A DNA stretch of 63,806 nucleotides, filler included, from Octopus bimaculoides (GCF_001194135.2; 8 parts of 8 records of this genome joined end to end with filler, not necessarily neighbours in it), one strand, 5' to 3'; counted from the first letter of the whole stretch, positions 49,366 through 61,997 are shown. A program made the numbers and translations. Notes: generated by a model not told the origin, from the sequence alone.

Positions 49366-50191
49366 CATTCGAAGGTTCTTCTATTCGATATCGAATAAGA
49401 ATACATCGAAGACAGCTGTCGTCTGCCATAATAACGTAAGAGAATCTAACGGATCCGAAGACGACATTTACATCTTAAATCGTCCACCATTCCAAAGTAG
49501 GAAGCGACCATGCAACATTATTTAGCTTCGCACTTCCATTTTCGTTAAATTTTAATCGAATATTATTAAGAAATATTTTTCCAACGAGCAGATTCAACTG
49601 TTCTGCACACCATGTACAACCCTCGTCAAGTCCCACCCAGAACCTCTCTGCACAACCAGCTTATCTTACGCCATCACTTTTAATATCCATGAAAACTCAT
49701 TCACATAGAATTTATTAAATAATGCATGTATGCGTGACACACTTGCATACGTAAATAAATACATACATACATACACATATACACAAATACATACATACAC
49801 ATATATACATACATACGTACATAATTACGCACATACATACGTGCATACATATAAACATACATGCATATATATCTACGTACGTACATATATACATTCATAT
49901 ATCGGATACATACGTATGTACATACATATATACATACACATACCGCATACGTATGTATCCCTGTNNNNNNNNNNNNNNNNNNNNNNNNNNNNNNNNNNNN
50001 NNNNNNNNNNNNNNNNNNNNNNNNNNNNNNNNNNNNNNNNNNNNNNNNNNNNNNNNNNNNNNNNNNNNNNNNNNNNNNNNNNNNNNNNNNNNNNNNNNNN
50101 NNNNNNNNNNNNNNNNNNNNNNNNNNNNNNNNNNNNNNNTATATATATATTATATGCAAACACATATGTATCTATATGTATATATTTATAT

Positions 50192-50231
<40 letters not shown>

Positions 50232-50883
50232 ATACATACAAATGTGCACGTATAGTAAAAGCTTCATAGATATAATACATACATCCTTATGTGTATGTGT
50301 GTACACATACATATATACACACATACATACGTCTAAACGCATGTATTATTCTACGTGTGTGTGTCCATGTAAGCATACGTGATTTCACATATGTAAAGTT
50401 TCATACATTTTATTACATTACTAAAACCCATTTGAATCTACAGAAACAGCCAATTTCTTTCTTATTTTTTTCAATTTGACTTATCCTTGTTACATATTCT
50501 AATCTCATTCCTCTTATTATTTATTCGCCACCACCATCACCAACACCACCAACAACAACAACAACACCACAGTCGCCATCACCCTGTTTTATTTATTTTT
50601 TTTCCTTCATTTTAATTTTGGTTTTCTTCTTAAACAATATTATTTTATAGTTTTTTTGTATTCACCACCAACAAAGGCGAAATTCAGCAATTCTGAATTC
50701 CTACGAGTTACAACATTTCTTAAAATATTTCTATACCAGCATGCATCTCCAGGAATATTTGCATAATTTAAAATATTCCAATTCCTCGTCAAAGTAAATA
50801 CTCTTACAATGGCCTAATTAATTGGGAACTTACGTATACAGCTCAAAGTCACACTGTATATTCCATAATGAATGCTAATACGT

Positions 50884-50928
<45 letters not shown>

Positions 50929-51535
50929 NNNNNNNNNNNNNNNNNNNNNNNNNNNNNNNNNNNNNNNNNNNNNNNNNNNNNNNNNNNNNNNNNNNNNNNN
51001 NNNNNNNNNNNNNNNNNNNNNNNNNNNNNNNNNNNNNNNNNNNNNNNNNNNNNNNNNNNNNNNNNNNNNNNNNNNNNNNNNNNNNNNNNNNNNNNNNNNN
51101 NNNNNNNNNNNNNNNNNNNNNNNNNNNNNNNNNNNNNNNNNNNNNNNNNNNNNNNNNNNNNNNNNNNNNNNNNNNNNNNNNNNNNNNNNNNNNNNNNNNN
51201 NNNNNNNNNNNNNNNNNNNNNNNNNNNNNNNNNNNNNNNNNNNNNNNNNNNNNNNNNNNNNNNNNNNNNNNNNNNNNNNNNNNNNNNNNNNNNNNNNNNN
51301 NNNNNNNNNNNNNNNNNNNNNNNNNNNNNNNNNNNNNNNNNNNNNNNNNNNNNNNNNNNNNNNNNNNNNNNNNNNNNNNNNNNNNNNNNNNNNNNNNNNN
51401 NNNNNNNNNNNNNNNNNNNNNNNNNNNNNNNNNNNNNNNNNNNNNNNNNNNNNNNNNNNNNNNNNNNNNNNNNNNNNNNNNNNNNNNNNNNNNNNNNNNN
51501 NNNNNNNNNNNNNNNNNNNNNNNNNNNNNNNNNNN

Positions 51536-51568
<33 letters not shown>

Positions 51569-51571
<3 letters not shown>

Positions 51572-51860
51572 GGCGCAGGAGTGGCTGCGTGGTAAGAAGC
51601 TTGCTTCCCAACCACATAGTTCAAGGTTCAGTCCCACTGCATGGTACCTTGGGCAAGTATTATGGCCTCCGGCCGACCAAAGCCTTGTGAGTGAATTTGC
51701 TAGACTGAAACAGAAAGAAGCTCGTCGTACATGTGTGTATGCGAATGTGTTTCTCCACCCCATTGCCTAACAACCGATGTTGGTGTGCTTACATCTCTGT
51801 AACTTAGCGTCTCGGTAAAATAGATCGATAGAATAAGTACTAGGCTTACAAAGAATAAAT
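51569..51860 (+). mobile_element. SINE family B, 3' end replaced by (GATA)n
   Basis: gtaggcgcaggagtggctgcgtggtaag...ggttcagtcccactgc...gatagaataagtactaggcttacaaagaata. Confidence 0.93.
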
Positions 51861-51861
51861 C

Positions 51862-51895
<34 letters not shown>

Positions 51896-52475
51896 TCATT
51901 TGCTTATCTCTACAGTATATAAGTATACATACATGTTTGCTTCTAAGCAAGGTATATGCCTACGATTGCATACAGAATTAATGATAACTGCTTGTGTACA
52001 TGTGTAATCGTTACTATCTGCCTAATATACTTATGTGTATACATGGATAATGTGTGTCGCTAAGCGTATGCGAGTATGTGTGTATGTGGGTGGGTGGGGG
52101 TGAGAGTGCGTGTCTGTGCGTGTGTCTGTGTGTCTGTATTTATGTACGTTTGATACTACATACGTACCTACATGTGTGAGTAAAACATATACACACGCGT
52201 GCCAACGTATACGGGAATTCATGTATGGATGCGCAGATGTGCATTGATATTTGTGCAGTTATGAAGGTATATAAATATGTTTATTTGTGTATCTTTACGT
52301 GTATCATGTAATTTATGGATTCCAGAGACTATGATATAACACTTGAAATGATTAGTAATATAACATATTTTATGAAACGATGCGATATGTGCCTTGTATT
52401 TTAGTGTGTGAACGTATGTGTTAGCTGAGTCGTGTTTATGTTTATGTCATTCTTCTCACTGAAGATGCCTAATTA

Positions 52476-52513
<38 letters not shown>

Positions 52514-52566
52514 GTACATATATACATATATATATATACACATGCATTTACATAGATATATGCGTT

Positions 52567-52611
<45 letters not shown>

Positions 52612-52752
52612 ATATATGTATGTATATACACGTGTATATATTGAATTATATATGTGCAGAAGAGTGTAAATTCTCCATATTAATGTTGACATGATATACG
52701 TAATATTTCTTGCTTAATTAAATATCGTTTTAATATTACAAATGTGTATGCA

Positions 52753-52830
<78 letters not shown>

Positions 52831-52989
52831 TATACATATATATATATATATATGTGTATGTATGTATATAAATATCACATTTGCATACATATACATATGT
52901 TCATATATGTACTGGATATATTTGCATATCTATTAGAACGTGCATGAATATATGAATACATTTACATGAATGCATATATGCATATATGC

Positions 52990-53032
<43 letters not shown>

Positions 53033-53146
53033 CATACATAAATATTTAAACATGTATATATAAATGTATTTATATCTAATTTTTTATGTATCTATTTATC
53101 CATATATATAAACAGACATACATATACGTATACATATATATACTTG

Positions 53147-53181
<35 letters not shown>

Positions 53182-53677
53182 GAATATATATAAATATATG
53201 TGTGTATGAATACACCCCCCCCCCCAGCCTTTAGAGCGTTCTGTTTCACATATGTGGTGAAATGTATATTGTAACCTAGTTAGTTAAACGTTAGAAATAT
53301 CAGTGTGGCCGTGTCTCTCAATGTATGAATTCATAAGCAATGCTAACGTCTATGTCTGCCTTTATCTCTATGATTATGCTTGTATAGATGTTTATATGAG
53401 TGTAGGTTTCCTTTACACATTTTCTCCTATAATAATATAAGCATTATGTAATACATACATACATATATATATGTATGTATGTATTTATGTGTGTGTGAGT
53501 GTGTGCATGTGTGTGTATGTATAATTATTCGCCTATATGAAAGTGTAATCATCACACGCGCATAATTTCCAAATTTTTATATCGATATCTATTTATGTAT
53601 ACAATATATTTTTATAGACATGCATAGCTATATGCGCACGCAAATACACGGGCACACACACACACATCTACGTGAGT

Positions 53678-53739
<62 letters not shown>

Positions 53740-53835
53740 GGAGACAGGGAGAGCGTATTTAGTGGATGTTAAGTGAAGCGAAAATTTAGGTAATCTGTTC
53801 TTCGGATGGAATGTGAAAATGTGTAAAGCAATGAC

Positions 53836-53910
53836 GAGAGAGAAAGAGAGAGGACAGGGAGAGAGAGAAAGAGAGAGGACAGGGAGAGAGAGAAAGAGAG
53901 AGGACAGGGA
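53836..53910 (+). repeat. Three perfect copies of a 25-bp unit gagagagaaagagagaggacaggga
   Basis: 53836-53860, 53861-53885, 53886-53910. Confidence 0.9.
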
Positions 53911-54819
53911 GAGAGAGGGCAGAGAGAGAGAGAAGGCAGAGAGAGAGAAGGAGAGTGTGAGATAGTGAGTATGGGGGGAAAAAGAAACGGGAGAACAGAC
54001 GAATTTTGATAGCGCAGAGATTGCATAATCTATTGCTGTATACATAAGTGTTTGATTTGGACAAGATTTTCTGTTTCAAATTCATAAAAGTCATATTTTT
54101 CAAAGCAGAAAGTTATTCGACGTTGTTTCCGGTGGCATTTTAAAAAGAATTTCTGGTGTGAATGACTCGGATAAAAGCATCAGATGCAAGGCCAAAATAT
54201 ATTTCAGTGGAGGTCTTAATATAAGTACGTCGACTTAGTAGATTGCATTTTGTTTAAACGACCTTTGGCTAAAATGCTCTCAGATTGGCCTCCAAGTGAT
54301 GGAAATAGCTGTAGTCTAGTTGTTGTTGTTGCTGTTGTCATTGTTACAACCGTTGCATTTGCTGCTGTTCATGCTGCTGTTGCTACTTCTACCGTTGCTT
54401 GCTAATTCTTCATGTGAGAATACGCAATCATTCGTGTTTATGAGCTGCTAATGAACTTCCGCCGTCTTCATAAGGACGAGAGAAAAGCGCGAAAGACAAC
54501 GACAAGAGGAACAGAAACGGCCATTACTACTACTACTACTACTACTACTACTACGAGGAAACAAAGAAAAACAACAACAGCAGCAGTTGCAGCAGTTGCA
54601 GCAGCAGCAGCACTGGAGGGAACACAAATATACAACAAAAACAAACGAAACTACATATCGGTGAATAGAAAGTGAAAAGAGATATGAACAATGCGTATAT
54701 TTCTGAATTAATCATGTATACACACACAAACACGTACACACCAACATACGCACGCACACGCACACATACACACACACAAATATATTTATATATGTGTGTG
54801 TATATGTATATATGTATAC

Positions 54820-54871
<52 letters not shown>

Positions 54872-55225
54872 TTATATATGTATATTTATATATATGCAAA
54901 CACACATATATAAATATATATGAGAATATACATGCATGTATGGATGTATGGATATATATGCGTGCGTGCGTGCGTGTATGTGTGTATGTGTGCGTGCGAG
55001 TTGGTGATGGAAAGATATTCTTTCATTGAGTGTTTCATTACAAATAAATAAAAATGTGTATATTTAATGAAACACTTTCGGGAAAAGCATTTTAGAACTT
55101 TGTATTTCCATACATCTATGCATAAATACATAAGCACACATACAAATACATAAATATCGATAGGTAGATAGATAGATACATACATACATACATACATACA
55201 TACATGCATACACATATATATATGC

Positions 55226-55277
<52 letters not shown>

Positions 55278-55348
55278 AACATATGTGGCTCATATATATA
55301 TACACGCCACACACACAAACGTGTATATATGCCACATGAGAATGTAAC

Positions 55349-55405
55349 AAAGCAGCGGTGCCCCAGCGTGGCCGCAGCTTTGAGCTGAAACCGGTACGAG
55401 AATAC
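55349..55405 (+). mobile_element. SINE family B, 3' tip
   Basis: gcggtgccccagcgtggccgcagc...gctgaaac. Confidence 0.65.
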
Positions 55406-55708
55406 AGAGAATGTATGTATAGATGCATATATATCTCTCTTTCTCCTTGTATGTGTGTGTGTATGTATATATATATATATATATATGCATTTATGTATAA
55501 ATTTATATGTATATCTATATACGCATATGTATATATTTATATATGTATACTTATGTATGTATATATATATATATGTATATATGTACAAATATATATACAT
55601 ATATATATATGTACGTATATATATTCATATATTTATACATATATATACATATATAGCCATGCATATATATCCATATGCACATGAATAGACATACACACAC
55701 ACATATGA

Positions 55709-55777
<69 letters not shown>

Positions 55778-56131
55778 TACGTATGTATGCATGTCTATGT
55801 GTATGATTGTATGTATATATATATATATGCATGCATGTGTGCATAAAATGCACATGTAAAGTATTGGAATATACATACCACTCTATATTAAATGAAATAT
55901 CATGGTCCCGGGTGGGGGAGGGTGGTGACAGTGTTTGAGGTGTGAAATTAGTGGAAATATGTTCATTGAATATATTTTTCGAAAAACACTTAAGAATTTT
56001 CTACTGGTTTTCATATTGGAAATGGTTTTGCAATGAGTTCGATTGTGAGTGTGTAAAACGTGTATTTGTGCGTGCATGTACGTGTATGTATGTTTTGTCG
56101 GTGTAGTTGTATGTATTTACGTATAGGATCT

Positions 56132-56177
<46 letters not shown>

Positions 56178-56449
56178 TACAATAAAGTATGGGGGATTAG
56201 GTGTGGGAGAGATTAAGAGAGAAAGAGGAATGCACAGCAATGCAGGTTGAGATACAGAAAATATACAATATACATACAGTTATGGATGCATGCATGTATA
56301 CATACACATATGTACATACCTGCATTCATACATATATACGTACATGCATACATGCATATATACATATATACGTAGATACATACAGATTGACAATGTGGGA
56401 GAAAGAGGGCCGGGCTGAGTAAGAGGAAAAGAACTTTGTAGGAAGATGC

Positions 56450-56483
<34 letters not shown>

Positions 56484-56487
<4 letters not shown>

Positions 56488-56754
56488 TAAATATATAGGG
56501 ATTGACAGTAACCTGCTTCTCCAACATACTGAGAATTCAGAAATAGCAGCCAAAGAACTACTGATTCCAAAACTACAAATTATTACTCTAAATTGATAGC
56601 GATATTCTTGATACACACAGAACAAAAAACAGTAGAGAAGAGTAAAAAAACCACCTGCCTTTAGTTAATTTAGTATGATCGTTTCACAGTTAAGAGTAAA
56701 GAATACTCTATTCTAATCTTCAGCTAAATATTCTAATAAATTTGTTAATGTCTA
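56484..56754 (-). mobile_element. Putative PLE pseudo-LTR ending in (TA)n
   Basis: Second copy at 34873-35029; contains a hammerhead motif; 3' end (minus) runs into (TA)n. Confidence 0.7.
56668..56729 (-). ncRNA. Type I hammerhead ribozyme motif
   Basis: Minus: auuuag-CUGAAGA-u[uag aau agagua uucuu uacucu uaa cug]u-GAAA-cgaucaU-A-cuaaau; helix I 6/6 Watson-Crick; helix III ACGAUCAU is one CpG-type transition from the palindrome ACGAUCGU. Confidence 0.75.
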
Positions 56755-56854
56755 NNNNNNNNNNNNNNNNNNNNNNNNNNNNNNNNNNNNNNNNNNNNTT
56801 AATTAATTAANNNNNNNNNNNNNNNNNNNNNNNNNNNNNNNNNNNNNNNNNNNN

Positions 56855-56896
<42 letters not shown>

Positions 56897-56909
56897 TAAA
56901 TATATATAT

Positions 56910-57043
56910 CAGGGCATCCAACTGTAAAACTATGTCAAAACAGACAGTGATGCTTGGTGCAGTCTTCTACCTAGCCAGCTCCTATCAAACAATCTAACCC
57001 ATGCCAACATAGAAAATGGACGTTAAATTATGATGATGATGAT
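56910..57043 (+). mobile_element. 3' end of SINE family D with (GAT)n tail
   Basis: agggcatcca.ctgtaaaac...ctaacccatgccaacatagaaaatggacgttaaattatgatgatgatgat; RTE-type tail (recalled family pattern). Confidence 0.7.
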
Positions 57044-59662
57044 ATATTTATGTGTGCATGTGTGTGTGTGTGTGTGAATAGCTGAGTCTCTGTCTAAAAC
57101 TGAATGCTTACAGTGTCTCTTGATGTCAACCACATTCTGTTCATAAACTGATAATAATATAGAAACTAATAAAATTCATTCCAGAGTGAGGTAATTACTA
57201 TGATGCTAAAATTGACTAAACCTATGATAGCAGCATCCATTATAGTCAATTCCTAATGATTGAAACCAGTAAAAGAATAAATGAATGTAAAACATTTGCA
57301 AGTAAGGCCAAAAAACAGAGAAGTGATCCCATCATGGAAGTTGAATTCCACATCTATTACTTGACAACCTATTGTGCTACTGTTTAATTTATTCAAGCAA
57401 GCAATGGATGCATGATTTGACTCATGTGATGAGATCTGTTCTCTTTTATCTTCTTTAAGCCATACTTGTAAATATTTTATGCACACACATTTTATGCATG
57501 AAAAAAAAAAAACACACACACACACACAAACATATATAAAGAGATTCTGTAAATATAGTCTCTAAAATATCTAAAAGCAGCTGTTTGACATGTAAAGATT
57601 TCGGAATAGATTCACTCGTTTTAGAAAAAATAATAAAGAAGAAACAATATTTGATTTCAACAATATTTTAAATCGCTGCTAAAATATTCATGCATGCCTT
57701 ATGACATCTTTCATTTATTGGTAATGTCATAACTAACACTATAGTGTAACCATTTTCAATATATGAATTTCTAATAAACTAGGAAAGTCAAATGGTGCCA
57801 AAAGGCCCATGGAAGTTAATGGTTTGAAACAATCTGTTTACTCTGTGAAGCACTCTCATTGCATTAGAGATAAACAGGATATTAGTAGCTCATGTTTCCT
57901 GAGACACATTGTACTTTTCAATAAAACAGGGAATATTTTTGAAATTTTGTATCAAATACTTTCGAGTTGCTCAAGTCAACAATCTGCTTATGATCAAAGA
58001 TTTTGGAGATAGAAAAACAATTTCTCAACATGGACTATGCTCTCAATTTTGTATGTATTTTCATTTAATTCCAATTACATAACATAACAATTAGATTCTA
58101 CTGATAAGTTGTAGAGGAAGTTGATATTTGACAATTAATTATGACACTCTTTGAATAGGAAAAAATAGCAAAGAAACAAACATCACTTCTAACATAATCA
58201 AAGATCATCTCAAATGCAAAAATAATTAAATTTGAAATTTTTATGATGTAGCTAAAGAGACAAATTTCTTAATATCATAAAACCCAGGAAGTTAAGTCTT
58301 CCTGCAGAAGAAAATCATGAGTTTCATGCATGTATAGCAATTTTAACCATATAAACTAATCCATCCACTTTAATTATGAAATTAGAGCTGATTAATAATA
58401 ATGAATCTTTTAGAGATAATAATCTCATGACATTTCAATGTCATTTTGAAATACCAGAGTGGGAACATTAAATTTTTGTATGCAATATGACATAGTGTTT
58501 TTTTTCTTTCCATAATGCTATCACAGTTGGATCTGTTCCTTTGAATTAATCAACTATATACAATTTCCATACCATCTTCACCATTGTCAATTGTATCTAT
58601 TTGTCTGTTCTTTAAGTATACCTACTATCTCACACCCATCTAAAAGAAGCACAGAGTATATTTTTTTGCTAATCATTATGCCTGACATGTGACTTTTCTA
58701 TGTCTACACTTCACTTACAAACATGAAGCACCAGAACTTCAAGCTGAGCCTTAACTACATCTGTAATATTAATTTTAAAAGATCAACAAAGGTCATAGGT
58801 GTTGACTCTTGACCTTTTTCTGAAGAATGTATGCAATGAGTGGATACATAAATGTTTGCAAATATATGACTGAAAGATTTTAAAAGTAATTTTAAGGAGA
58901 AGACTGCTGTGCAAAACTAAAAAGAATTAATAAATGTCAGTTCTCAATTGGATATTCAATGAAATTTATTCATCAGTAACTATCAATACTGAATAATTCT
59001 AGCATAAAACATAAAATCTACTTCAATCAGATTTTCAACACCAGGAAGTAAGTAATTTGCAAATGAATAGCTATATTTGAAAAATTGAAATGTTGTTCAC
59101 AATATTCATTAGCAAGCTTTCAGACATGTTAAAGGTGAACAAAATTAATTTAATTATAAGATGCATAGAAGTAGATTTTATATTCTTGGACTACCAGAAC
59201 CATAATTCTACAACTGAAGTACCTTGTTGAACATATTTTAAGGAAAAAGAAAATGAAGAAATCAATTACAGTCAAGGTGATTATTATGTTGTGATGACCG
59301 GTATCTTTTATGCCACTTTAAATGTTCTTGTCCAACACTGCTGTTAAAGAAATCACATATGCACTAATTATTTCTATATACTTAGGTTACAACATGAGAA
59401 AATTCCCTTGGAACTTCAGCTTTCAGTTTCAGAAGGATAAAACAATTAAGGAAGTACATATGAAGTTGAATTTTGAGGAGTCTACTCAAAGCTTAAGCAA
59501 ATGATGAAATAAGAAATATATATATATATATATTTGTTCATATGATGATATCGCCACAATGTGTTGATGATGAGAAAAACATGTAATCGTTACCAATATA
59601 GCAAGAGATTTCACCGCAAAAAGTCTAAAGTAGACTCCTTAAGGAGTAAATATAATATGTGA

Positions 59663-60894
59663 TAATTATTTGGTAGTTTTGGATGTCGGGGCAGAAACCT
59701 ATGCAGCCATCTCTCAGTTATTGGGCCATCAAAAAGATGCTATGAAAATGACCGTTAAACAAAGGGAAATTACCGTGTGATTGACCGTTATTAAAACAAA
59801 AGAGCTATTAGAATGACTGCTAAATTAGGGGAGGAGGAAAGGTAAAGGAGTAAAAATGTTCATAGCAGTCGCATAAGCGTGCATGTTTATGCATACACAT
59901 GCGTTCCCGCACACCCACGTACATGTGCCTATATATATATACTCATCCACCCTCACTTGAAACACACACATATGCTTACCCACACATTCACCAAAAAAAT
60001 ATATACATACCCGCATACATGCTCCCATACTCCCACGTGCACAAAAAAGGTTCACATACGTCTGCATATGCACATGCACAAGAAAAAACAGGGCTAAAGG
60101 CAAAATACAGAAAAAAGTGTAAAAAATAAACAATAAGACAAAAACGTAAAGGAGTAAATATGCTCATGGTGAACGCAGATGCATGCATGTCCATACATGT
60201 ACACCCGCATACATATACCTATGTGCATATGCTCGCCCACACTCGCTTGAAACATACATGTGCACCCACACATTCGCCAAAAATAATTTATACATACACG
60301 CACACGCACACACGTGCACAAAAATGGTTCATATACAAGTCTATATACACACATACTCGCATGCACGTACACATACGTCTATATGTGCACGTACCCACAT
60401 GCATGCACACATCCACATGCGCGCATAAAGAATACCATATATGCGTCTATATGCACACAGAAAAATGCAGGGTGGAAGGTAAAATACAGAAAAATATGTT
60501 TTACACTTTTTGTACACGTTTTTCTATATTTTGCCTTTAGCCTTGTTTTTTCTTGTGCATGTGTGTATATAGACATGTGTTTGAACCTTTATTGTGCACG
60601 TGTGTGTATGCGAGCATGTATGCGGGTATGTGTATATATTTTTGGTGAATGTGTGGGTAAGCATATTTGTGTGTTTCAAGTGAGGGTGGATGAGTATATA
60701 CATATACGCATATGTACGTGGGTGTGTGGGCGCGCATGTGTATGAATGGACATGTGCACTTAAGCGATTGCTATGAACATTTTTACTCCCTTACCTTTAC
60801 TCACTCCCCTTACTGAGCAGTCATTCTAATAGGTCTTTTGTCTTAATAACGGTCATTCACTTAGTAATTTCCCTTTGCTTAATGGTAATTTCCA
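59663..60894. mobile_element. Long-TIR fold-back element with modular interior
   Basis: ~380-bp inverted arms 59743-60121 / 60513-60894; spacer 60146-60497 is a diverged direct copy of arm segment 59842-60115; third terminal copy at 9905-10092. Confidence 0.85.
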
Positions 60895-61287
60895 TATATA
60901 TATATATATATATANNNNNNNNNNNNNNNNNNNNNNNNNNNNNNNNNNNNNNNNNNNNTTAATTAATTAANNNNNNNNNNNNNNNNNNNNNNNNNNNNNN
61001 NNNNNNNNNNNNNNAGCTACGCTCTTCAACAGAAAGAATACGGAGACAAGGAGAAAAACATTATTAGGATACTTGGATACGTAACTAATTGTCTCAGCAC
61101 GAAAATATAATTACAAGTAATTAACGGGAGTGTATATATTTGTAAAAAATTCCAGACGTTTATCCTTCACTGTTTTCGCATATATATATGCATAGGCAAT
61201 ATAAACTCCCATGCAGAACCAGTCTGATAATGTGTGGCTAGGTTGGCCCTTAGAATTATAGATACTGTCCTTACGATAGGCTTCCAT

Positions 61288-61470
61288 AGAATTTCCGCTT
61301 GCTCAGTTTCATTTAAAAGGCTCATGCTGACCCGAGTATACAGTAGAAGACATTTTAACCCGATATGGCGCTCAATTTCACTTACAAGGTTTAGTAGGAG
61401 GTACTTTACCCCGATGGAAGATCAAGCTTGGGACCTCACAATCGTGAAGCAAACTTTTAATACACTTAAT
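61288..61470 (-). mobile_element. Old decayed SINE-B-like fragment
   Basis: aaggctc...cccgagtatacagtagaagaca...gggacctcacaatcgtgaagcaaacttttaa. Confidence 0.5.
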
Positions 61471-61496
61471 TCAGCGTTCACTTTTCGTTTCAAAGC

Positions 61497-61997
61497 GTTT
61501 CTACTAAAGGCACAAGGCCTGAAATTGGGTGGGTGGGGTGGAAGGGGACTAGTCCAGGGGTTTTCAAACTGTGGTCCGCGGACCACAGGGGGTCCGTGGA
61601 CAGGAAATACTTTTTATGGGCAATTTGATTTTATATATGATTTTTAATCGAAATTTTTTAATTGACAATAAACCTATTTGTTAAATACTGTTAAATAAAT
61701 AAATGTAAAAATATGTTATTTTAAGCAAATATTTATGTATAAATTTCATAAGCGTTTATAAGGGGGATCCCTAAGGTAAAGCCTGAAATATAAAGGGGTC
61801 CGTGAGTCAAAAAGTTTGAAAACCCCTGGACTAGTCGATTACACCGACTCCAGTAAAACACTGGTACTTAATTCATCAACCCCTAAAGAATGAAAGGCAA
61901 AGTAGACATCGGAGCGGAATTTGAACTCAGAACGTAAAGACAGACGAAATGCCGTTATGGACTTTGCCCGGTATGCTAACGATTCTGCCAACTCGCC
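61497..61997 (-). mobile_element. SINE family A interrupted by a hAT MITE
   Basis: 3' part 61497-61554 and 5' part 61829-61997 rejoin seamlessly at gactagtc once the MITE and one TSD copy are removed. Confidence 0.93.
61555..61828. mobile_element. hAT (Charlie-like) MITE, 274 bp
   Basis: Perfect 16-bp TIR caggggttttcaaact / agtttgaaaacccctg; perfect 8-bp TSD gactagtc (61547-61554, 61829-61836). Confidence 0.96.

Larger units (their letters stand above)
52480..56483. repeat. Block dominated by (TA)n, (CATA)n, (TG)n, (GAAA)n and (CTA)n microsatellites
   Basis: Direct reading. Confidence 0.9.

Noticed and set aside
50814-51763. Longest ORFs in the track (200-300 aa; also 38438-39298, 31700-32477, 16443-17211, 5902-6536)
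   Set aside because: They are read-throughs of N gaps and microsatellites with no coding content.
52450-52480. uucuca-CUGAAGA-ugccuaauu running into (TA)n
   Set aside because: Only the 5' half of a core; the rest is absent, so it cannot be supported.
59428-59504. Possible terminal exon tttcag|aaggataaaaca...KDKTIKEVHMKLNFEESTQSLSK*
   Set aside because: No homology recognised and no upstream exon; indistinguishable from random sequence.
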